A DNA stretch of 64,000 bases, taken from contig JAZLHL010000012.1 of assembly GCA_045616765.1 (NCBI GenBank), forward strand, positions 1,756 through 65,755. Reading direction: 5' to 3'. The position numbers and the translations under genes were made by a program. The notes under the pieces were generated by a model. That model worked only from the letters and a program-made list of their open reading frames with translations, searched no databases and was not told where the DNA came from. Below are positions 27,272-35,293 of the stretch, one piece after another (position 1 is the stretch's first letter; every line of letters begins with the position of its first letter). Source of the DNA: Acutalibacteraceae bacterium (lineage in GTDB: Bacteria > Bacillota > Clostridia > Oscillospirales > Acutalibacteraceae).

Positions 27272-27490
27272 TAATCCGAGTGAACTATTGCACTGAAAGA
27301 AACAATATGAAAAAAGGTTGCTGTCTGAGGGTGCCGATCAACTGCTTACAAATTGTTAGCAGTTGAAAATGAGAGCTACTGACGGTACAATCATTTTGTC
27401 GGTTTCAACGAAAATTCTATTAAGAATCATCTATCTATCACAAATATGGCAGATATACTTACTTCGTAATAATTAGGACTGTTTGGGACA

Positions 27491-27515
27491 TAAAAACACA
27501 CCGCCGAAGCGGTGG
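27491..27515 (-). terminator. Intrinsic terminator ending the SPFH-TIR operon
   Basis: On the minus strand: CCACCGC-UUCG-GCGGUGUG followed by UUUUUAU, 32 nt after the stop of the 275-aa gene. Confidence 0.7.
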
Positions 27516-27546
27516 AAAGACTTGCAATATTTTTCACTCATTACTT

Positions 27547-28374
27547 TTAATCAAAAATTTTATTTTTTAATAATTGTACAACTTGTAAAACAGCAGCGCT
27601 CATTTCAAATTTGCCTTTAATTGCATCATTTCGCAAACGATTAAACTCAAACATTTCATCATCTGAAAGCATTAATGATAACATAGGAAAAATCTTATTA
27701 TAAAGCATAGAAATATCTTCAGAGAGTCTTCTGACAGCATTTATATCTGAATCTCGGCAATTTGTTATGTTGGAATACTTTACACTTTTTCTTATAAAAT
27801 CAATTGTATCACGATATGTATCTATTCTTATGTCTGTTTCACTTGATTTTTGAATCGCATAACCATTTTCAAGAAAAACAGATGCAAGATAATCTGCACT
27901 ATCGTAAATTTGAACTCGTGTTTTTTTATTTTCCGAAACACAAATACCCTCAATTTCATTTGTTACATATATCAAATCTTTATCTATTTTTTCGCGGTAA
28001 TAATCAGCAAGAATATCTATTGCGTTTTCGACCAATTGCTTTATACGGGCTTCAGATGCATTTGTTCCTGCAGATGCAAATATAAGGCAATGCTCAATAA
28101 TTCGCGTTTTGACCTTTTCGCGTTCTTCCGATTCACCCCAAAAGTACTGATTCAAGTCATCATTTAGATTATTTTGGATATAATCACTGATACCACCAAA
28201 ATCGATTTCCTCATCAAATGCGGCATCGAAATTTCGTACATTTTGTTTTTCTAAATAAGCGCTCAGACGATTTCGGGCACTTGTTTTATTTTTAAAATCA
28301 ACTATTTTATCTTTGATAACGCTCAATCCTATATCTGCAATAAACTCTATTATTCTGTTTTTTCCTAAACTCAT
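27547..28374 (-). CDS. Hypothetical 275-aa protein, no domain recognised (last gene of the TIR operon)
   Basis: The ORF is long, uninterrupted and AT-rich. Its ATG directly abuts the TAA of the upstream mini-ORF (TAAATG). The product looks predominantly helical by eye, with no TM segment or signal peptide. Confidence 0.7.
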   Translation of the reverse strand: MSLGKNRIIEFIADIGLSVIKDKIVDFKNKTSARNRLSAYLEKQNVRNFDAAFDEEIDFGGISDYIQNNLNDDLNQYFWGESEEREKVKTRIIEHCLIFASAGTNASEARIKQLVENAIDILADYYREKIDKDLIYVTNEIEGICVSENKKTRVQIYDSADYLASVFLENGYAIQKSSETDIRIDTYRDTIDFIRKSVKYSNITNCRDSDINAVRRLSEDISMLYNKIFPMLSLMLSDDEMFEFNRLRNDAIKGKFEMSAAVLQVVQLLKNKIFD

Positions 28375-28521
28375 TTAATCATCCTTTATTATTGTTTTTC
28401 TTTTTACTAATGCTTCTTCAGCATAAGTTTCACTAGTGCCGCAATATTTGTACTCAACAACAGTTACGCCATCGATAACATCCATGTTGCCGCCACACAC
28501 TTTGCATTTAAAAATTGACAT
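28375..28521 (-). CDS. 48-aa degenerate zinc-ribbon mini-protein, paralogue of the TIR protein N-terminus
   Basis: Below the ORF-track size cutoff. Hand translation gives MSIFKCKVCGGNMDVIDGVTVVEYKYCGTSETYAEEALVKRKTIIKDD. 23 of its first 29 aa match the TIR protein start, and 72 of 87 nt match. One of the four Cys is lost (C24->Y). Confidence 0.55.
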   Translation of the reverse strand: MSIFKCKVCGGNMDVIDGVTVVEYKYCGTSETYAEEALVKRKTIIKDD

Positions 28522-28534
28522 AATATTACTTGTT

Positions 28535-31500
28535 TCACTTGGTTTTGATATTTTTCCAACCGCCTACATCAAATTGGCCGTGATAATAATCTTTATTACC
28601 GGTATATTTCGTAGTAACAACGGTACCATCAGATTTCAAGCCGACCGTATGTTTATAAGTCGTCGAAACAGCAACTACATCAGTCCATTCATCGACATCG
28701 CATTCACCGCAATAAAAATCTTCATCTCCTGTATATTTCGTAGCAACAACGGTACCGTCGGATTTTAAGCCGACCGTATGAGAAGCACCTGCAGAAATGG
28801 CAACAATATCCATCCATTCATCGACATCGCATTCACCGTTACTATTAACACCGCAAGCAACAACAGTGCCGTCGGATTTTAAGCCAACCGTATGTAATGA
28901 ACCTGCAGAAACGGCAACTATATCTTTCCAGTCGCCGACATCGCATTGACCGTAATCATTAGCGCCGCAGGCAACAACGGTACCATCAGATTTCAAGCCG
29001 ACCGTATTATACCAGCCTGCAGAAACGGCAACTATATCCGTCCATTCATCGACATCGCATCGACCGTTACCATTACTACCACAAGCAACAACGGTACCGT
29101 CTGATTTCAAACTGACCGTGTGAAACTGACTTGCCGAAACGGCAACAATATCCGTCCACACATCAACATCACATTGACCACTATAGTTTTCTTTATTACC
29201 AGTATATTTAGTTGCAACAACAGTACCGTCGGATTTTAAGCCGACGGTATGATCTCTACCAGCCGAAACGGCAACTATATCTTTCCAACCGCCGACATCG
29301 CATTGACCGTAATAATTATCGCCGCAGGCAATAACGGTGCCGTCGGATTTCAAGCCGACCGTATTATACCAGCTTGCCGAAACGGTTTCGCGAAAAGCAT
29401 TTTTATCCCATAAGTCGATTGATTTTTGCTTTGCATCCTTATAACCGCTTGCCGCACCAAATGCGACGGCGGCTTCATATTGTTTACGATCTTTTTCCAG
29501 AATACTCGCTTTGTTATAATAGCACTCTTTGAGTTTATCCGAACTATCTTTATATTCACCGATTATCGTAAAAGCGGCTATAGCTTCTTCGTATTTTTCG
29601 TCATTCATCAAACTGACGGCATTGTTATATTTGCATTCTGTAATTCTGTCAGCACTATCTTTATATCCGTTCGTTGCTTCAAATGCCGAAATCGCTTCGC
29701 TATATTTTCTGTTATTCATCAAAGCAACAGCATTTTTATATCTACCGTTCGGAATTATTACCGTTGTCAAAACTATAAGGAAGGCAATACAGGTAACGGT
29801 AATTGGTGTAACTATTGCAATAATTTTTTTTCGTTTTTTTGCTGCCGTTTCATCCGCTATGCGTTTTTCTTCGGCTTTTCGTGCAGCTTTTAGTCGGTCG
29901 GATTCTTCCTTTGCTTTGATTCCCTCGATTTTCTTTTGGCAAGCGTAAATCTGTTCGACTGCATCTTTCCAACCGGAAATCGTCATAAACACTTCGATTG
30001 CCTCTTCATAAGAAGCAATCCTTTCGCCGGTCATCTTATTCTTTGCAGAAGCATAAACAGCATCCTTACGGCGAATCTCGGCTTTTTCAAGGCACTGCTT
30101 TGCAAATGCATCGGCATCCTTCCAGCTCGGTATCATCTTAAAACTTTCGGCAGCGCATTCAAAAGAGTCGGCATTATTTTCTTCCATTTTTCTCAATGCC
30201 GACTGATATATATCATTCTTGCGGCAAATTTCGGCTTTTTCAAGGCACTGCTTTGCAAGCACATCGGCATCCTTAAAGCCATTTATTTTATCAAATTCCG
30301 CTGCGGCATATTTAAACTCACTTTCGGATTTTGCAATACCGAAAAGTTCTGTGCCTTTGTCATAAATCACCTGCTGTTTTGCCGTTTCGTTGCGCTCACG
30401 GATATAATCATTATCCGCTTTCAGTTTTTCGGCAAGTCCGGAATTAAGACTGCACACTTTTACATAATATTTGTTGTTATCAAAGGGTTGGGCTAAATCT
30501 TTAAGTACCTCTTCGGTATGTACTTTTAAATAAGCCATCAGTTTGCCAAGATAAGCGCGTGCGTTTTCCGGCTCAATATCAAGCACTCGTTCGCAATACT
30601 CGTCAGCTGACTGCCATTCTTCGTCTTTCAGAAAAATAAACACTCGTTTAAGAAGAGATTCAACTGTGGGGTTATTGCGTTGTTCTCTTATTACTACTCT
30701 TTCGATTTCTGCCTTTTTTTCTCTGTCGAATATTTTATCAATGCCGCGCAACAAATCCTGCATAAAGCCGAGTTTGCTCATATCCTGCGACTGTAAACCC
30801 TTGAACCCTTCGGGCATATCGTAAGCATCCATACCCTTAAAGCAGGGAATGAGTACCTTTGACTTGTCTTTAGCCATAAGCTTAATAAATCTTGACCATT
30901 CATTCTTGACCCAAACGGCGTTGTAATATTCATAATCGGTACCGATTGCAAGCATAAGCTTTGCCGAATTGAGTGCGGCAAATATATAAGGCTCATACTG
31001 CTGACCTAATTTATCTTCAAGCGTAATTCTTGAAAAGAATACTTTGTAGCCTTTTTTCGTGAGTTCATCATAAATGTCCTGCGCAATGACGGAATCGGGC
31101 GTTCTGCCACCGTTTCTATCGGTTTCTTTGTAACATATAAAAATATCATAAGGTTTTTCGCTACTGCTTATCGACAGTATTTCACCCATAATGCGGTCAA
31201 TCTCTTTTGCCTGTTCCTGATAAACAACACGCGCGCCGAGGTCGGCATATTCAAGGGCAAGTTCACAATTTTCATCTTTACGCAGTTTTTCAAAACTTGC
31301 GCGGTGAACGGTAGGAATTTTGGCGCCCGTTGCCGGGTCATCAACATATTCTATACCATAATTGCAAAGGCAAAGCCCCCAATAAGCCTCGGCTTCTTCA
31401 GGAAACTCCGCGATTATCTGCTCATAGATAGCACCCGCCTTGTCAAATTCACTGCTCATACGCAGACGGTTTGCACGGTTATATAAATTGAGTTTTTTCT

Positions 31501-31615
31501 CGTCGTTGACCTCAGGCACAGTCTGCTTTGTTCCGCAATATTCACATTCAACAACGGTTATGCCGTCGGTAACATCTATATTGCCGCCGCACATTTTGCA
31601 TTTAAAGATTGACAT
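28535..31615 (-). CDS. Transmembrane TIR-domain protein: zinc ribbon - TIR - helical/TPR-like repeats - TM - 7x RCC1-like repeats
   Basis: The start was trimmed to ATG 31615 (GAGGAG RBS), giving MSIFKCKMCGG...ECEYCGT. The TIR-like block is YDIFICYKETD...VFFSRITLEDKLG...AVWVKNEW (aa about 155-295). The TM segment follows KKRKK: IIAIVTPITVTCIAFLIVLTTVII (aa about 598-622). Seven HTVGLKSDGTVVACG..GQCDV..W.DIVAV repeats follow. Confidence 0.85.
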   Translation of the reverse strand: MSIFKCKMCGGNIDVTDGITVVECEYCGTKQTVPEVNDEKKLNLYNRANRLRMSSEFDKAGAIYEQIIAEFPEEAEAYWGLCLCNYGIEYVDDPATGAKIPTVHRASFEKLRKDENCELALEYADLGARVVYQEQAKEIDRIMGEILSISSSEKPYDIFICYKETDRNGGRTPDSVIAQDIYDELTKKGYKVFFSRITLEDKLGQQYEPYIFAALNSAKLMLAIGTDYEYYNAVWVKNEWSRFIKLMAKDKSKVLIPCFKGMDAYDMPEGFKGLQSQDMSKLGFMQDLLRGIDKIFDREKKAEIERVVIREQRNNPTVESLLKRVFIFLKDEEWQSADEYCERVLDIEPENARAYLGKLMAYLKVHTEEVLKDLAQPFDNNKYYVKVCSLNSGLAEKLKADNDYIRERNETAKQQVIYDKGTELFGIAKSESEFKYAAAEFDKINGFKDADVLAKQCLEKAEICRKNDIYQSALRKMEENNADSFECAAESFKMIPSWKDADAFAKQCLEKAEIRRKDAVYASAKNKMTGERIASYEEAIEVFMTISGWKDAVEQIYACQKKIEGIKAKEESDRLKAARKAEEKRIADETAAKKRKKIIAIVTPITVTCIAFLIVLTTVIIPNGRYKNAVALMNNRKYSEAISAFEATNGYKDSADRITECKYNNAVSLMNDEKYEEAIAAFTIIGEYKDSSDKLKECYYNKASILEKDRKQYEAAVAFGAASGYKDAKQKSIDLWDKNAFRETVSASWYNTVGLKSDGTVIACGDNYYGQCDVGGWKDIVAVSAGRDHTVGLKSDGTVVATKYTGNKENYSGQCDVDVWTDIVAVSASQFHTVSLKSDGTVVACGSNGNGRCDVDEWTDIVAVSAGWYNTVGLKSDGTVVACGANDYGQCDVGDWKDIVAVSAGSLHTVGLKSDGTVVACGVNSNGECDVDEWMDIVAISAGASHTVGLKSDGTVVATKYTGDEDFYCGECDVDEWTDVVAVSTTYKHTVGLKSDGTVVTTKYTGNKDYYHGQFDVGGWKNIKTK
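28538..29380 (-). repeat. Seven tandem coding repeats (38 or 43 codons) encoding RCC1-like beta-propeller blades
   Basis: The units start SASWYNTVGL, SAGRDHTVGL, SASQFHTVSL, SAGWYNTVGL, SAGSLHTVGL, SAGASHTVGL and STTYKHTVGL. Long stretches are identical at DNA level, for example GGTACCGTCGGATTTTAAGCCGACCGTATG. Confidence 0.85.
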
Positions 31616-31628
31616 ATGTTTTATCTCC

Positions 31629-32294
31629 TCATTTAAGCAATTTGCACATATTATTTCTTTCCGCAACGATTTCGACAACGTCATCTGCAAGTGTATCGAT
31701 ATTTGCACCGCTGCTTGTTACAGCCGCTGCAAATTCACCGAATTTTACAGACAAACGGTTTTCGACCTCATAAAGTGCTGCATTTGATACGGGGTCAGAT
31801 AAGCTAATTGCTTCATAAACCTTTTTGCAGGCTGCTTTTGCTTCAGGTGATTTTGCTTTTTGAGAAAGGGTAAGGGCATTGGCAGTCAATGACTTGATAA
31901 ACGAGGTTTTAACCTTGACCTTTTCATCAACCTCGCTGACAATTTCGGCGGCAGCTTGTGCCTTTAACACGGCGATAACAGTAATCAGCAGCACAACGAG
32001 GCAAATTACGGCACCGAGCATTCTGCCTATGGTTAAAAATACCGAAACAAGGCTGACAACAGCAGTAATAATAAGCCCTATGTAACTGACTTTGACAGTT
32101 GCGATACCGTAAAATACTTTTGTAAGATTTTCTTCTTTGAGTGCAAAATATGCACAGCCGAGTTGCACACAAAACGCAAGCACGGTAAGAGCAAGCGCTA
32201 TGTAATTGACACCGGGCAAAACAAGCGATAGCGCAAAATAAATGATAAGTGCTGCTGCCCATGCAACCGCATAAATTTTAAAATTCTTTTTCAT
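31629..32294 (-). CDS. Membrane protein (4 predicted TM helices plus a roughly 100-aa soluble helical C-terminal domain), unknown function
   Basis: The 221-aa product has four hydrophobic stretches in aa 8-125. A GAGAGGG RBS is present. The stop lies 13 nt before the TIR gene start. Confidence 0.75.
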   Translation of the reverse strand: MKKNFKIYAVAWAAALIIYFALSLVLPGVNYIALALTVLAFCVQLGCAYFALKEENLTKVFYGIATVKVSYIGLIITAVVSLVSVFLTIGRMLGAVICLVVLLITVIAVLKAQAAAEIVSEVDEKVKVKTSFIKSLTANALTLSQKAKSPEAKAACKKVYEAISLSDPVSNAALYEVENRLSVKFGEFAAAVTSSGANIDTLADDVVEIVAERNNMCKLLK

Positions 32295-32309
32295 AATCTG
32301 ACCCTCTCG

Positions 32310-33722
32310 TTATATTCCCCCGCATTCAAAGCAGAATTTTGCACCCTCGGGCACATCCTTGCCGCATTTCGGGCACGCCGTTACAAATTTGTGACCGCAT
32401 TCAAGGCAAAACTTACCCTTTGCCACGGTTTTGCCGCATTCGGGGCAAACTGTCATTCCGTCTGCAACGGTTTCGATTTTTTCACCGCAGCCGAAGCAGA
32501 ATTTTGCATTTGCGGGAAGCTCTGCGCCGCACTTGGGGCATTTTACGGTGCTTTCGGCGTTCTGCGCGGGTTTACCGTCTGTGCCGAAATCGGGCATCAT
32601 ATTATCCATCTGCCCCATCATAACGCCTGCCATCTTCATACCAGCCATCATGGAGACCATATCCGAAGCAATTCCGCCGCCTGCAGCGCCGCCGCCGCCG
32701 ACAGCCGGACCCATATTGCCGATACCTTCGGCATAGGCTTTCTGCACCTCGGCTTGAATAACATCTTTTTCCGTATAGCCTTTGGCGCGCATTACCTCAG
32801 CCTCGGCTAAGCCGCCGAGCCTTGCCGCCTGTGCTTCTGCCTGTGCTTCAATCACGGTGCGCTCCGCCTCGCGTTTGGCGATTTCGGTCTGTGTGGTCTG
32901 CTTTTCAAGCTCTATTGCTCGGCGTGCTGCCATAACATCGGCCTCCGCCTGAGCCTGGGCAGTGCGTACTGCCGCCTCTGCCTTTGCAACGCGAGTCTGC
33001 AGCGAAATTGTGTGCAGCTCTTTAAGCCGCTTAAAATCGGCATTTTCTTCGGGAAGTACCACTGTTGTAAGATAGAATTCGGGAATTGTAAGGCCGTACT
33101 CCTCAAAGCCGGGGAGTATTTTTTGGTGTAAGGTTGCAGAGAGGCTTTCAAGGTGTTCGTCGATTTCAAGAATATCGAACTCCTCCGCCTTGATTGCCTG
33201 CGAAAGATTTGATTTTACCGCCGTGGAAATGAGCGGACGGAAGCACTGCTGCAGCGATTTTGTAAAGCTTGCGGGCTCACGCTCCCACGCAATGCCGCTC
33301 ATAGTGCCTACAAGCTTTACAAGCAGCTTGCGGCTGTCGCACACCTGCAGATTCAGCGAGCCGCTTGCGCCTATTTCAATAGGAATACCGAAATCAGGGT
33401 CAATGTAACGGATTTTGCTGTCGGTACCCCATTTAAGAGCCATCTGTACGGTCTGATTTATAAAGTAAACCTCGCAGTGGAACGGGGTATCGCCGTCGGT
33501 GGTTTTGTTGAGCAGCTTGCCTAATTTGGGAATATTCTGCGTTTCAAGAGTGTATCTGCCGGGCCCGAACAAATCGAGCGCCTGACCGTTCATAAAGAAT
33601 ATTGCTTCCTGACTTTCGTGAACTATAAGCTGTGTGAGGGAATTAAAATCCTCGCACGGGTGTTTCCAGATAAATGTTGAATTGTCGCCTTCGTACTTGA
33701 TGATTTCTGCAATTTTTGCCAT
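32310..33722 (-). CDS. SPFH/band-7 family protein (COG4260 / YdjI-like) with three C-terminal zinc ribbons
   Basis: The N-terminus MAKIAEIIKYEGDNSTFIWKHP...LIVHESQEAIFFMNGQ is typical of the Band_7_1 SPFH family. An A/E/Q-rich coiled coil and a Gly/Met-rich linker follow. Three CPxCG...FCxxCG ribbons close the protein. Confidence 0.85.
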   Translation of the reverse strand: MAKIAEIIKYEGDNSTFIWKHPCEDFNSLTQLIVHESQEAIFFMNGQALDLFGPGRYTLETQNIPKLGKLLNKTTDGDTPFHCEVYFINQTVQMALKWGTDSKIRYIDPDFGIPIEIGASGSLNLQVCDSRKLLVKLVGTMSGIAWEREPASFTKSLQQCFRPLISTAVKSNLSQAIKAEEFDILEIDEHLESLSATLHQKILPGFEEYGLTIPEFYLTTVVLPEENADFKRLKELHTISLQTRVAKAEAAVRTAQAQAEADVMAARRAIELEKQTTQTEIAKREAERTVIEAQAEAQAARLGGLAEAEVMRAKGYTEKDVIQAEVQKAYAEGIGNMGPAVGGGGAAGGGIASDMVSMMAGMKMAGVMMGQMDNMMPDFGTDGKPAQNAESTVKCPKCGAELPANAKFCFGCGEKIETVADGMTVCPECGKTVAKGKFCLECGHKFVTACPKCGKDVPEGAKFCFECGGI

Positions 33723-33783
33723 TGGTCCACCTCATATAATTATTATTTAGTCGTAAAAAAACAAAAATATATATTTTTTATAA

Positions 33784-33816
33784 AATACACCGCGGGTTTC
33801 GCACTCGCGGTGTATT
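33784..33816 (-). terminator. Terminator-like hairpin inside the 5' leader of the SPFH-TIR operon (possible attenuator)
   Basis: AATACACCGCG-11 nt-CGCGGTGTATT followed by TTTATAAAAAAT on the minus strand. It lies between the predicted promoter (about 33854-33883) and the start codon at 33722. Confidence 0.45.
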
Positions 33817-33853
33817 CAGCGAATTCTAAACAAGAACTCTTTACTGTGCCCCC

Positions 33854-33897
33854 ATATTACCATTGAACCCTTCGGCAAGTCTTATGCTGCGAGCATA
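33854..33897 (-). promoter_or_regulatory. Predicted promoter of the SPFH-TIR operon, overlapped by the 19-bp operator (copy 1)
   Basis: On the minus strand: AAGACT (33883-33878), an 18-nt spacer, then TAATAT (33859-33854). The operator GTCTTATGCTGCGAGCATA at 33879-33897 contains the palindrome TATGCT-GCG-AGCATA. Confidence 0.45.
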
Positions 33898-34052
33898 ATC
33901 ACAAATTAATAATACGGTTTTTGCCGAAATAATATTTATAAGTGTGCATTCATATTATAAATCGTATTATTCGCATTGTCAAGTGAATTCCGACTACGCG
34001 TTTGTTTAACCGCGCCACCTTACGATTTATGATATAAGTGAGGTGGTATAAT

Positions 34053-34379
34053 ATGTATGTAGATTATAAAGAAGTCGGCAAAAGAATTGCGGCACGGCGC
34101 AAAGAGCTCGGCTTAAAGCAGTGCGAAGTAACAGAGCTTGCCGAACTCAGTGATAAATACCTTTCAAACATTGAACGCGCAACATCGGTGGTGAGCATTG
34201 ACGTGCTTATGAAGCTTTGCAATGTACTCAACGCAACGCCGAATGACTTTTTGCTCGGCTCTACCGGTAATATTGCAGATAAAGCGCGTATAGATTATTA
34301 CGCCGCCAAAATAAACGAGCTTAATGACGACAAGAAAGCGCTTGTTATAGGTTTTATTGACTGGCTGAAAGATTTTTAA
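34053..34379 (+). CDS. XRE-family HTH transcriptional regulator
   Basis: The product begins MYVDYKEVGKRIAARRKELGLKQCEVTELAELSDKYLSNIERA. ATG 34053 follows a GTGAGGTGG RBS. Confidence 0.85.
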   Translation: MYVDYKEVGKRIAARRKELGLKQCEVTELAELSDKYLSNIERATSVVSIDVLMKLCNVLNATPNDFLLGSTGNIADKARIDYYAAKINELNDDKKALVIGFIDWLKDF

Positions 34380-34392
34380 AGCACTTTAATGC

Positions 34393-34430
34393 AACTCTCC
34401 GAACCATTCCCGGCGTTCGGAGAGTTTTTA
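34393..34430. terminator. Bidirectional terminator between convergent genes
   Basis: AACTCTCCGAAC-loop-GTTCGGAGAGTT followed by TTTA. Confidence 0.8.
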
Positions 34431-34436
34431 TAATTT

Positions 34437-35249
34437 TTATACCAAATAATACTCCGTCAACCAACCCATATTGTGCTCATAGCCCTCATAAAACCATGGA
34501 TTATATATCAGCAAAACCTGTTTTGAACCGTTTTGAAGCTCTTTAAACAAATCGGCAAAATCATCGCGAGTGGCGTAAATATACATTGTATCCATATATG
34601 AGCCGCCTTTTGGTGTTACCGAGATGCAGAAGCAAATCGGTTCAAGGTCACTGTAGCCCCAGTTATAATATGTATCAAGCTCAGCCGTACCCTCTACATA
34701 CACATTTTTACCGACATAGCTGAACGGAGCGTATTTGAAATCATTGATGTTAATATTGCTTTTCTTCTTATCTTCGATCAGTTGTTTATTCTTTTCGCTT
34801 TCTTTATGTGCTTCAACCGCATCAAGAACTACCTGCGGCGGAGTTTTGGTATCTGTGCTGATTTTATCATATAAATGAGTTCCTTCTATAAAGTTATCAT
34901 GCACCAATACTGTATTTTTACTGGTGCCGTCATCAGAAATAAGTTCTATGTAACCTTTCAGATTATACCTTACAGTGCCGCTCCAACCATTAATAAGGGC
35001 ATTATTGCCGTTGTTTATATATTCTGCAATCAAATAATTATTAATAGAGTAACTTTTGTAGGATTCGCCGTTGATAACCAAAACATCTCCGCTGTAATCG
35101 CCGTACCAGGTCCCTTTTAAATCATTTATCATATCGGACTCGGTTGAATATTTCTTTGTATTACTCGTATCAACACATCCCGAAAGCAGTGTGCACATCA
35201 TAGTCAAGACAATTAAAAGTGAAATTGCGGATATTACTTTCTTTTTCAT
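34437..35249 (-). CDS. Lipoprotein, unknown function
   Basis: The signal peptide carries a lipobox: MKKKVISAISLLIVLTMMCTLLSGC. An AAGGGGGA RBS is present. Confidence 0.8.
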   Translation of the reverse strand: MKKKVISAISLLIVLTMMCTLLSGCVDTSNTKKYSTESDMINDLKGTWYGDYSGDVLVINGESYKSYSINNYLIAEYINNGNNALINGWSGTVRYNLKGYIELISDDGTSKNTVLVHDNFIEGTHLYDKISTDTKTPPQVVLDAVEAHKESEKNKQLIEDKKKSNININDFKYAPFSYVGKNVYVEGTAELDTYYNWGYSDLEPICFCISVTPKGGSYMDTMYIYATRDDFADLFKELQNGSKQVLLIYNPWFYEGYEHNMGWLTEYYLV

Positions 35250-35293
35250 TAAAAATCCCCCTTAATTTTTGTGTAACCATATTCCATTGAATA

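Noticed and set aside
27307-27360. 17-aa ORF MKKGCCLRVPINCLQIVSS between mgtE and the TIR operon
   Set aside because: It has no RBS, is very short, and lies between a promoter and a terminator belonging to other genes. There is no supporting evidence.
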